A DNA stretch of 64,000 bases, from contig OX597819.1 of the NCBI GenBank assembly GCA_951406725.2, positions 372,001-436,000 of the forward strand, written 5' to 3'. Below the pieces are notes generated by a model, which worked only from the letters and a program-made list of their open reading frames with translations, was not told the origin of the DNA and did not search any database. The first letter of the stretch is position 1. Each line of letters opens with the position of its first letter. Shown piece by piece: positions 52,001 through 64,000 of the stretch. Source of the stretch: Octopus vulgaris (taxonomy: Eukaryota). The position numbers and the translations under genes are program-made.

Positions 52001-52066
52001 AATACCTGATTTCAACATGCAATTTCATATCAAGAATCTTGCATAATAAATACATAAACGTGTGTG

Positions 52067-52121
<55 letters not shown>

Positions 52122-52235
52122 ATATACATGTATACATTATAATTATATACACATATGTGTGTGTATGCACATGTACACATATAAATATAAATTTCCAACT
52201 ATTAAATGGTTTTTTTTTCAAAAGGTATCAATTTT

Positions 52236-52444
52236 TCAAAGTTTTTTGTTGACTTCTAATTGAAACAGTTTTGATAATTTGTTGTATTCATCTGTATGAT
52301 GGGTGAAAATACTTCGTATGAGGCCAAATTGCATACGAGGGAGCTGCACAACCACAGCAGATGATCCTACACATGTAAACCAGAGACATAGTTGACTTAA
52401 ATCTGTGTTGCCTTTCTTTATTACCAGAGAATGAATTATTTGAC
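52236..52444 (-). CDS. Uncharacterised 284-aa protein, terminal exon
   Basis: T-rich tract and ttttcag acceptor; phase 1 joins the 53018 donor; GQIIHSLVIKK..EVNKKL stop. Confidence 0.75.
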
Positions 52445-53017
52445 CTGAAAATAAAAAAAAAAACATTTAGTAGATTATTTACAGCAATTAATAATTTGCT
52501 TTAAAAAATGAAATATTAACTACATTTTCCAATATACAAGTCAAATTTTTCAGGCCAAAATTTACAGTTCCCAAAAAGGTAAGGTTGATTTACACACTAA
52601 GATGACTTTGGAGGACCAAAACTTCCTTGTGAAATGCAGCAGGATTTGGAAAGATAGAGACAATGTGTGAATGTTTCCATTATATGCTACATTGACTTGT
52701 ATGCAAGAAGATAAAGTAACAAACTGTTTGGCAGTTAGTTTTATCCTACATACTGACATGAATTCTTCAGAACATCTATTACTCCAGTCAACTTAATCCT
52801 ATGTCGTATTTTCAATTATTTTAATGTCTGGTCATAAGTGTCTAACAAAAGACACCATAAGGAATTATTTAACTTGTTAAAAGTGGCAACCAAATCTCCC
52901 TCAAACCTTACTCTGCCGTTTTTGAAAAAGGAAAGACACATTGGTTAATGTAATCCAGTATGACAAATGAGATGGTCAAATTAAAAAAATAACCAAAAGT
53001 GAAATTAATTTACTTAC

Positions 53018-53608
53018 CTACACAGAGAATAGAAACAGAGAGTGACATCCAGTCAAAATACCGTAAATTACTTTCAACTTTCTTTGTTAAAATATCAGCT
53101 AATTGAATAGATGATTTCGACAAATATTTGAAAATTGATTTAATGTTTTTGATTTGCTCCATGATTTTGGATAACGACTGAATATTTGATGCTGTGTTTG
53201 TTTTGCAACAAACTTTTTCAACAGACTCCTCCAAGTGAAAGACACGCTTCTCTAAATCTTTGGCCATTGAAAGTAAATTTTTCATTTGATTGTGTGTTCT
53301 GCAACTGGCTGGAATAATTCCAGAGTTTAAAGCTTTTTTGCATATATTTAGGCAAACTATAATGTGTATAGTTTCAATTATAACTGAGATTGTATAATGA
53401 ATGAATGAAGCTGAGAGAGTTAGATATTTTAAATTTCCAGGATTTGATAAATAAGTGTGAACATGGCCGAGAAAGTCAATCCTTCTTTGAAGCTCATTTT
53501 GGTTCTCCAAGTAAAATTTATCCCTTAATAACTGGAGGAGGTATTCATAGAGACATGCAATAGAATCTTTATAGTTGTCCCAAAGAATAGTGTCTTTGTG
53601 GTCCAATG
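53018..53608 (-). CDS. Uncharacterised 284-aa protein, large internal exon
   Basis: 591-bp open frame in AT-rich DNA, tttgtag acceptor, G|gtaagt donor, phase 1-1, non-repetitive helical protein sequence. Confidence 0.8.
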
Positions 53609-54323
53609 CTACAAATAAATAAAACAAAATTATCATATTCATATAGCAGTGATTATTTTCAATAATATTTATCATTTTTTTTGTTCTTTTCTTTTCATCA
53701 GATTTCCAAGTACAGACAATATTTGTATAAAAACTTGAAAGGTATCAGCTAAATAATTAATGTTGGCTTCTCTCCAAATGTGTAAACAAGTAGCATTTTA
53801 GCTGCTTAATGTTTGGTTAGGTCATTATGCAGACATGTTGCTGGTGATAATCTATAGAACCACCATCTAGTGTATAATGTTATGAATATGCAGAAACATA
53901 CTCAAATAGTTTGTATATTTAATATGTCTGACTTTCAATGCTTATACAAATACGGCATAAGTAAAGTTGTTATGTTTTTGGGAGGATCATTTTGTCAATA
54001 AGAAGCACATGTACTGATTCTGTTTCACTTCTTTTTATTATTATTAGTCAACTAACATGGCGAGTTGGCAGAATTAGTTACAAAGTTAAAAAACAAAAAT
54101 ACTTGGCAGCATTTCTTCTGACTCATTATGTTCTGAGTTCAAATCTTGCCAAAGTCAATTTTACATTTTATTGTTTTGTGTTGATCAATGTAATCAGCTA
54201 ATTACCTCTCGATAAATTGCAAGGCTTGTGCCAAAATTTGAAATCATCATTAGTAAAGACGGACACAATGCCAGTAAACATTTTGCTTGGCACGCTACCT
54301 TAATAATAAAACAGTTTGCTACC

Positions 54324-54358
<35 letters not shown>

Positions 54359-54584
54359 CCTTTCTACTGGAAGCAAAAGGCCTCAAATTTGTGGGGTGGG
54401 GAGTAGTTGGTTATATTGACCCTAGTGTTTCACTGGTACTTAATTTATCGACCCTGAAAGGATGAAAGGCAAAGTGAACCTTGGCAGAATTTGAACTCAG
54501 AACTTAGCGATGATCAAAATACCGCTAAGTATTTCATCTAGCACACTAACGATTCTGCCAGCTCACCATCTTAATAATAATGAC

Positions 54585-55241
<657 letters not shown>

Positions 55242-55711
55242 GATGATAGTAATTGGTGCACTTGAAAGTATCAGCACTCAACTACCAACATGGCTCAAAA
55301 AGATTGGTACAAATGTAAATGTAGAACACTGACAAAAATCATCATTGCTTGGAACTAAATGTCCCCTTAGTCTGCTGGCTGTGGACAGCTGACACTTTCC
55401 ATCATTCCCAGCAAAATAGGCTGAGAGCTGTCATCAAAATAATAATAGTAATAATAATAATAATTAATAATAATGATTTCAAATTTTGGTACAAAGGCCA
55501 GCAATTTCATGAAGGGGTCTAAGTTGATTACATTGACCCCAGTGCTCAATTGGTACTTATTTTATCGACCCTGAAAGGATGAAAGGCAAATTCAACTTTG
55601 ACGGAATTTGAACTCAAAACGTAGCAACAGGCAAAATGCTTAGCTGTGTTTTAATGTAATTGGCTACGACCCTCCCCACTAATCTCAGGTTTTGTGCCTT
55701 TAGTAGAAAGG

Positions 55712-55755
<44 letters not shown>

Positions 55756-56658
55756 TGTTGTTATTATTATTAAAAGAAGTGAAATACAACCACTGTGTGT
55801 TCCTTTGGGCAAAATAACTCTCCCAAGATACAACAAAATATCTGTTAATGATTTAACAATTTATTTAATCACAAGGTCGCTTTTCAAATGACATCAGGAA
55901 TAATTGAATGAAATCTATACTTGTACTATTTAAATGACTTTGAAACGAAGAAAGACGGGATGACCCCATCCCACTGAAGGATTTTAATTTAGATAAATAA
56001 GGTTTAGAGTCAGATAATATACAGTCTGGCTTTCTACCATCTGTATTAACTTATTTAAACATCTGTGAATATTAAACGACATGGTATAATCTAATATACT
56101 AATTGGTTTACTTTCTTTACTTTCTTAAACACCCTGAACACCCTGAATACATCTCACCTCTATACATACACAATTAGGTCAGCTTATCACATATTTAGAT
56201 GAATTTTAAAAAAAACTCAGAAAAACCAGCAAATTGGAACAAAATCTTATTGTTCCAGTGGTCAGTCAAGTTAAATAGTTTGTGAACACTGTAATTGTAA
56301 ATCTAAAAGAATGTATCTGTATGTTTGTACAGCCATACATGTTACAGTACCTGTGTGTGTGTGTGTGTGCGTGCGTGCGTGTGTATTTCAAGTTGCCTTT
56401 TATTAAGTTGACATTGGTAGGATATTTTTAGTAATCTAAATAATTTGTGGTATGATTCAGGGATAGTTTTATAAATTCCGATATTTTGAATGAAGTCTGA
56501 AAATTGAAAACTGGTTAGAAAATGTTGTTTGTAATTCTAATCAGTCTATGAAAGAGGAACAGCACCTACTTGTCATCAAAGTAGACCCAGATAAATATAA
56601 AAAGGAATATTCTGTGCTCAAGATAATGGGCAGTGTGAAAGTATAAACTATTAATTAA

Positions 56659-56878
56659 TCCTTCAGCATTCAGATTTCTCTGTCAAATGTAATGCTTATT
56701 TATTCATATTGCTTTGAATTTGTCATCTATTATCTTGTAGCTTTGATATTTCGATGATGTGATTGATTATTTTAAGAATGACATTGTAGGGTAAGTATGA
56801 GAGACTGGATCTGGCTAGTTTGAACATACAGCTAGTAGAATATTTTGGCCTAATCTGGCTAGTTTAAATGCTAAAGGG
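56659..56878. mobile_element. piggyBac-type MITE
   Basis: TTAA|TCCTTCAGCATT ... AATGCTAAAGGG|TTAA. Confidence 0.7.
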
Positions 56879-56925
56879 TTAACTCATGGCTAAATGCTTA
56901 AATTATTCAGCCACTATACACTTAA

Positions 56926-57100
56926 CCTTTGAACATTTAAACTGGCAATATCTGACCAAAATATTCTATTTGATTTTTACATTCAAGCTGGCCAAGTCCA
57001 GTCTCTCTCACCTACCCTACATTATCATAGTAAAAGTAAACAATCACTCAGAAATCTTGAAGCCATAAGATAATGACAGAGCAATCTGAATGCAAAAGGG
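56926..57100. mobile_element. Second, inverted copy of the same MITE
   Basis: TTAA|CCTTTGAACATTTAAACTGGC ... ATCTGAATGCAAAAGGG; reverse-similar to 56659-56878. Confidence 0.65.
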
Positions 57101-57109
57101 TTTATCATT

Positions 57110-57495
57110 TATCTTTAATTGTTTCAGTCATTAGACTGCGGCCATGCTGGGGCACCACCTTGAAGAATTTTTTTTTTAGTCAAATGTATCAGCCCCAGTA
57201 CTTACTTTTTAAAAGTCTGGTACTTATTCTATCAGTCTCTTCTACCAAACTGCTAAGTTACAGGGTTGTAAATACACCAGCACCAGCTGTCAATCAGTGG
57301 TGGGGGAACAAACTCATACACACACACACACATATATACGATGAGCTTCTTTCAGTTTCCCTCTAAAAAATCCACTCACAAGTCTTTGGTCGGCCTGAGG
57401 CTATAATAGAAGACACTTGCCCAAGGTGACACATAGTAGAACTGAACCTGGAACCATGTAAACTTCTTACCACACAGCTGCACCTGCGCCTAAAA
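57110..57495 (-). mobile_element. tRNA-SINE (family 2)
   Basis: Reverse complement of the 37757-38143 architecture, including the GTTTCAGTCATTAGACTG tail. Confidence 0.8.
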
Positions 57496-59310
57496 GGTTA
57501 AAGATCAATTCTTGCAGTTTTTTCCCTAGTGCTATACACCTCAAAATAAAGCATCTTGTGTGTGTGAGTTTTTATTACATGCATACACACATATATAAAA
57601 CTGTGATGAATGGTGATATGCAATGCCAGAGAAGACCAGCTCACAGATGCAAGCATGGCAAACATAAAACTGGTGGTGTCAATGGAAATTGGGGTGTATA
57701 AGATATTTTTGTTATATCCTCGTTAAATCTCCATCTACTGCATTCTTCATTACCCAATTGCTTATTCACTATACACTGTCTATGTATTTAGGAACAGCAT
57801 TTGATTTAATCCCTCTATATTCAAACTATCTTCACCCCTTTTACAACTTTATTACTCTAGCACTCTAAGCTATTTTTTCCTTGTATGTAATTTTCCATCG
57901 ATATCTTACAATACCCCATCACTCTCTCTTATCATAAGCCATATCTACTGTTATACCATCATGCCATTCATGCTGTTTTTCAATCATAATTTTCTTGCAT
58001 TACTCACTCCTCTGTCTTCCTTTCACTACCGTCACTATTTCACACCGACACTCTTCTTTCATCTTCTTAGTTATCACTTCCCCCTCTATCCATCCTTTCA
58101 GTCATATTCACCTTTTAAACTGTAATATAGAGTAGAGAAAACTCTTTAGTCTTGTAGGAGACAAGGCCATCTCTCTAGTGCTGGTGCCATGATAAAATGT
58201 ACTTAGTAATAGGAAGTAATAGAAATCATGCCATAAGAGAGCATATTGAATGGCATAATCCTCTGACATATCTGAGTGCAGTAACACTGAATATGAACTA
58301 ACTCAGACTATTGCAACTCAAGCAACCCATGCCAGTACAGGTTCTATGGGTTGCCAAGTTGTAATGGTAATATCATCATTATTATTGTTACTATTTATAT
58401 CTGTTTTTCTTCACCCACCCTTATGAGGACAAATTGCAAAATAAATCCTAGATTGATTTTTCTCTGGAGTGAATATCTTAAACAAATAATCCACAACCTT
58501 TTTTTATCAACCTCTTCATGTCAGATGATCTTCTTTATAACACACATCCTTGTCAATACCTTCAACTCAATTCAAGTCAGACTTCCTTTCTTCAATGCAA
58601 GTCAATGTGAGTCATACAGAGTTCATTCAAAGGTTTGTTCAAACAAATGTATCTCTTGAGCTAATTGAGAAATTCCATCCCATTTACAGGTGTACAACAC
58701 TGATTTTACAAACACTGATGGTCTGCAATGCCTTTTAATCCACACTAATATACAAGCAGGAACTTCAAATTCATACAGCTACCAGACTAGTTTACTGGTT
58801 CCTACTAGTAGCTTTTATCTTAAATTCAATATCTGTTTAATTCAGTGATGTTGACCAAGGTGAGCATTTCTGGTTCAGAAAAATTAGAATCTGAAAAGGC
58901 TTTGGAACCAAAGATTTTGGAATATTGATGTTGTACCTGTACTTATATTTCAACTATCAGAGCAGTTAATACTATGCTTTGCAGTTGTTTCTCATTTGGC
59001 ATTACTTCCTACAACTGGATCCTTGATTAGTTCCATGGAGAGAGATTCCTCTTGACCTTTGTTTGTTATAGGTTTAGACTTGTATTCATCTTAGAGTAAG
59101 CACTTCAATGCAATTTCAAACAGACTTTCTTTTCAATGATGTCTTGGTTTATTTCCCATGTCTTACTGACTCTAGATAGAAATTTCACATGTTTTATCCA
59201 CTCTGGATAAAAATAATTTCCTACTTATTGTTTCTCTTCTAGATTGGTAAACCCTAGGCTCTAAGTAAGGACAGATGGAACTGTAGATATATAATGCACA
59301 CACACACACA

Positions 59311-59363
<53 letters not shown>

Positions 59364-59877
59364 CAGGCTTCTTTCAGTTTCACAAGGCTTTAGTTGACTT
59401 GGAGCTATAGTAGAAGACGCTTGCCCAAGGTGCCATGTAGTGACGCTGAGCCTGAGATGATGTAGTTAGGATATAAATTTCTTAGCCACACAGCCATGCC
59501 TGTGCCTGTTATATACATATATTATATATTGTGTGTATGTGTGGGTGTGTGTATAGATTATATAAATGATATATATAATATCTATCTTTGGTAAAGATTT
59601 CTTCTTGGATGAAGAAAAGAAATATGCCACGATTGTTTCCACAAGTGCTATGATCTCTTTACTTGAAAATTGTTACAATGAAAACATCCTTTAGATCTGC
59701 AGGTACTGTTTGAGTTTCCTACATTTTCAAAATGAGGTGGAATAATCTTTGGTCACCATTTTGGATGAGTTCCAGGAAATTTCAATGTTTTCATCTTTTC
59801 GGCAGCCAGAAAACTGTTATACTGTCTCTTAGTTATCTCACAGAAAGTGTTGGTGGAACCTCAGTGAACCACTAAGT

Positions 59878-60235
59878 CAGTGGTTCCCAATTAGGGTCTA
59901 TGGACCTCTGAGGGTCCAAAATTGAGGATCCACAGTAGTATTTTATGAATTTAATGAAAGAAATTTTGCTTTTGGATGTATTTATTACAAGAAGTAGCTA
60001 GGCTGTTTCTCTAACGTTTTACATAGTTTAACATGTTTCCAACCAGTGAAACATGTTCTTGCAGAGAGCGTTATTGCAAACTACACAAGTGAACGTGTGA
60101 AAAAGAAAGTAGGAATTTTGAAAGAAGTATCTATTAAACTAATTTTTAAACATTGAATGGCTATGGGGGTTCCTCTGAGTCAAATAGTTATCAAAGGGGT
60201 CCATAGGCAAAAAAAGAAATGTTTGAGAACTGCTG
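59878..60235. mobile_element. hAT MITE, same family as 1200-1519
   Basis: CAGTGGTTCCCAA ... TTGAGAACTGCTG termini and shared internal sequence. Confidence 0.75.
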
Positions 60236-61758
60236 CATTATTAGACAAACAATCAACATGATAACTTGTACAAGAAAGCTACAGGAAAATGTAAAGGACA
60301 ACAGAAATAGAGAGGTAGAAAGATAGATAGAGAGAGGGTGGGAATGAGAGAGGGTGTGTAGAAAACAAAAATACATGTGTATGTATATGTTTTTACTTAT
60401 GCATGCGAATGTGTGTATATGTGTGTGAGAATTTTTATTCAGCCTGCTGGCTAACTGCAACATTTGTGATTTTTCAGTCACTGTTTTACTATATCAATAA
60501 TGGCAGTTTTCGTCTTAGCATGCATTTACCCATGGATATTTGTTAATCACAAAGTGCAAAGAAGCAGAAATGCACATTTAGCCACGTCACCACTGCTGCT
60601 GGGCTTCTAAGAAAGCTAAATAGCATGACTATAATATGTCTATAATGACTGTATGCCCCGGAGATGTTTGATTGGAGGTTAAGGATGGATGAGAATTAAT
60701 TCTGCAATGCAATCATTCTATTGTTCCAGTCCCAAGTTGAATTCCAAGTGTAGGCCAATTCATCCCAAAGTTCTTATCTTAACATAAAATTAATGAGGTG
60801 AATGTCATTTATCTCCCCCCTTGACCTCTGACATCATCTGACAAATGCCAACCAAGATGGCGTGAATCAGCCAAGCTTTGCCTGTTAGAAATAGCAACCC
60901 AAATGCTTTTAAATTAGATCCCAATGCTGGATGTTCAAGAATCAAATGAAGGGCAGATTTTCAACCCTGGGATCATCTTGGTTCCAAAAAGGTATAACAT
61001 GTCTGTGTAGAGCAAATGTTGTCTGAGATACAGAGGTCCCAGATGGACAGACAGAATTTCGCTTTTATTATTATAGATACTATCTGAGGACAAATACCAC
61101 AGTTAATTAGGTTGTCACTGATGTATCTGATTTAAATATGATATACAGATAACTATTTTACACAAACCTAGGTATGGATTGTGTGTAAGCACAACTGGTT
61201 CAGAGCATTCATCTGTGATATATTTAGTTGAGTGCATTTATAGGTTGGGTGGGTGACTGAATAACGAACAGTCAGTTCAGTGTGTATGCAATTGGTGCCT
61301 GACCCTTTTCATGTGTGAATGTTTTAGTTCTCATAGCTTTTTTTGTCTGTCAGCAGTAGGTATACTCCTTCCCCAACTGTTGACACCTACACACCCCACA
61401 CCATTGAGGAATGTCATTTTGTTCCCTTTCAAATTCATTTGATTTTGTTTATAATCACCAATTAATGTGTAGCTGGTTGAGCATTCCATAAACATAGGTA
61501 TCCTTAATGTAATTCACAGGCAGAATCAGGGTGACACAGTAAATGTGATAAGATTAGGTGTGACATTATGACCTACAGGCACAATCCACCTAATGGCCTT
61601 CTGTACAGGTTCTGTCACCCAATTTCACCTGAAAGGTACAAGTTGACCCAAGGTTATAGAAAATGGCACTTATCTGAGACACCATGCAGTGGGATCAAAC
61701 TTGTGCTCTTGTGGTTACAATGCAAACTTCTTAGATGGTTGCCCAAACTGTGCTTTAT

Positions 61759-61795
<37 letters not shown>

Positions 61796-61989
61796 GCTGT
61801 GTGGTTAAGAAACTTGCTTCAGAACCACGTAATCTCAGGCTCACTCTCACAACACAGAACCTTGTGCAAGTGTCTTCTACTGTAACCCCTGACTGAACAA
61901 AGCCTTGTGTGTGTATTTGGCAAATGGAAACTGAAAGAAACCTGTGATATATATATGTGTGTATGTATTAATACACACACACATATATA

Positions 61990-62450
61990 TCATTATCATC
62001 ATTTAACATCCACTGTCCATGATGGCATGGGTTGGATGGTTTGACCAGGGCTGGTAAGCTGAGGGACTGCACCTCCAGCCTGATTTGGCATGGTTTCTAT
62101 GGCTGGATGCCCTTCCTAACAGCAACCACTCTGAGAGTGTAATGAGTGTTTTTATGTGCCACTTGCATGGGTGCCAATTGTGTGACACCAGTATCTGCCA
62201 TGGCTACAAGTTGACTTGGCCTGATGGGTTTTCTTCTCAAGCATGGCATATTGCCAAAGGTCTCGGTCATTTGTCATTGCCTCCGTGAGGCCAAATGCTT
62301 GAAAGGTGCCTTTTATGTGCTAGTGACATGGGTGCTAGTTATGTAACATCGGCATCAGTCACTTTGCCTCCCTGAGACCCAATGCTTGAAAGATGCTTTC
62401 TACATGCCACCAGTACAGGTGCCAGTTACATGGCACTGACATCGGCCACG
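61990..62450 (-). mobile_element. Old RTE 3' UTR with degenerate array units
   Basis: GGCTGGATGCCCTTCCTAAC..CAACCACTC and three GTG.TTTT.A.GTGC units; similar to 2688-3230. Confidence 0.75.
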
Positions 62451-62471
62451 ATTATAATTATATATATATAA

Positions 62472-62790
62472 GGCGCATGGCTTAGTGGTTAGGGCATTTG
62501 GCTCACAACTGTAAGGTCGTCAGTTCAATTCCCGGCGACATGTTGTGTCCTTGAGCAAGATACTTTATTTCACGTTGCTCTAGTCCACTCAGCTGGCAAA
62601 AATGAGTTGTACCTGTATTTCAAAGGGCCGGCCTTGTCACACTCTGTGTCATGCTGAATCTCCCTGAGAGCTACGTTAGGGGTACGCATGTCTGTGGATT
62701 GCTCAGTCACTTGCACGTTAATTTCACGAGCAGGCTGTTCCGTTGATCGGATCAGCTGGGTCCCTCGTCATCGAAACAGACGGAGTCCTC
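62472..62790 (+). mobile_element. CORE-like tRNA-SINE (family 3)
   Basis: GGCGCATGGCTTAGTGGTTAGGG..AGTTCAATTCCCGG..GTGTCCTTGAGCAAGATACTT. Confidence 0.88.
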
Positions 62791-63543
62791 CTATCCAATA
62801 TATATATAGACACACACACATACATCCTTCACTGGATTAATCATTAAGCAAAAAAAAGCATGTGCTTAGGACATCAAGAGAAGCTGGGGTACTAAAGAAA
62901 TGGTAAATGGTTTATGGTATAAAAGAAATAACTTAAAACTTGCTAAAATAATATTCAAAGTGGCTTATATTATCAGAAATATAATTTTGAAGTGTTCATG
63001 GTGTCATAGTGCGGATCTGATCAAAAACTTTGCAATTAAAAAAAAGTAGGAGAAAACTTCAAATAAAGTGAAAGTGTAGGAAAATAAAGCATTATTTTCT
63101 ATCTTAATGTTAGTTTTGTTTCCCTTTGAAAAGGAAATGTTTATTTACGGTTTACTATTGATTATATTTTAAATTACATATGTATGGAGTCACCAAAATT
63201 TTTTAAGTGCTTAGGGCCCCTATGGGTCACAGACATCACCAATACATAAGCTTGTAGTGACAAGGAAATATATCCACACATCATACCTACACTTGCATGT
63301 TGCTAAGGCAGCAAGCATGTTATGTATGCCTTTGAGAGGTGGTGGGCATGGATAGGCGTTAAAAAGAGAGTAGAAAGATACAGATTTCACGCTCTTGTTC
63401 CTTAGTAAGATTATTGCTTAAAATTATTTATTCATTTAAGGTACACTAACACTTGAAAGAATGAAAATTATGTATATATTTGTACAATATACATACATAT
63501 GTGTGTATATATGAATGTATATATATATATATATATACATGTG

Positions 63544-63596
<53 letters not shown>

Positions 63597-63617
63597 TATA
63601 TAGATATATATATATAT

Positions 63618-63655
<38 letters not shown>

Positions 63656-63830
63656 GCACATCGATGTGTATACGTGTTTGTATCTGTTGGGTAACGTGTA
63701 GCAGTTTTTTCTCTCTGTTTCCTATCGAGTATGATAAGCAGCCAGAACGACAATAACACCTATTTTGACAACAACAGCAACGATTGATTTGCAAGCAATT
63801 TTAGCATAAGAAGTTCGGTTGATTACTTAC

Positions 63831-63885
63831 CTGAGGCTAGCTGAGATTGTCCTTGCGGTGTCTGCGAAAAATAATCCAAGTCCAT
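63831..63885 (-). CDS. Uncharacterised 284-aa protein, putative first coding exon
   Basis: ATG preceded by an in-frame stop; MDLDYFSQTPQGQSQLAS; consensus CAG|gtaagt donor in phase 1, matching the 53608 acceptor (55+591+209 = 855 nt). Confidence 0.65.
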
Positions 63886-63991
63886 ATTTCTATTTCGGTA
63901 AATTGTATAAAGTGGACAAATCGAAAATCATGAAAAGACCGTTTGTTAATAAGTGCTTTTCTTGTAAAATCCACATCGCGTTGGCACATGG

Positions 63992-64000
63992 CCTTTTTAT
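63992..64000 (-). promoter_or_regulatory. Possible TATA box of the minus-strand gene
   Basis: ATAAAAAGG at the window edge, about 110 nt upstream of the ATG; truncated by the window. Confidence 0.3.

Noticed and set aside
58351-59830. Additional exons of the minus-strand gene
   Set aside because: Candidate frames I tested hit stops and lack paired consensus splice sites.

Overview
Eukaryotic, AT-rich, microsatellite- and transposon-dense DNA; the SINE families and TTAGGG repeats suggest an octopus (cephalopod) genome, which is inferred and not verified. Two host genes are visible and converge tail-to-tail. On + are the last two coding exons of PEX14 (2231-2325 and 30238-30553), separated by a 27.9 kb intron. 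On - is a three-exon gene (63831-63885, 53018-53608, 52236-52444) encoding an unrecognised 284-aa protein. The rest is a transposon mosaic: several copies of an RTE-clade LINE with a PHD finger inserted in its RT and a variable ~61-bp hairpin array in its 3' UTR, a Naiad-type Penelope-like element (PLE) with a hammerhead ribozyme (HHR), a CR1-group LINE, a second near full-length RTE, mariner, maT, hAT and piggyBac elements or MITEs, a Helitron PIF1 remnant, a Helentron-type element, a probable solo LTR and many tRNA-SINEs. The most unusual signal is a set of short non-coding elements, several palindromic, that carry minimal HHR motifs. The clearest is a head-to-head dimer of tRNA-promoter plus HHR units with a 12-bp target duplication (27279-27800), a candidate PLE-mobilised ribozyme SINE. 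All calls are by eye; repeat boundaries are approximate.
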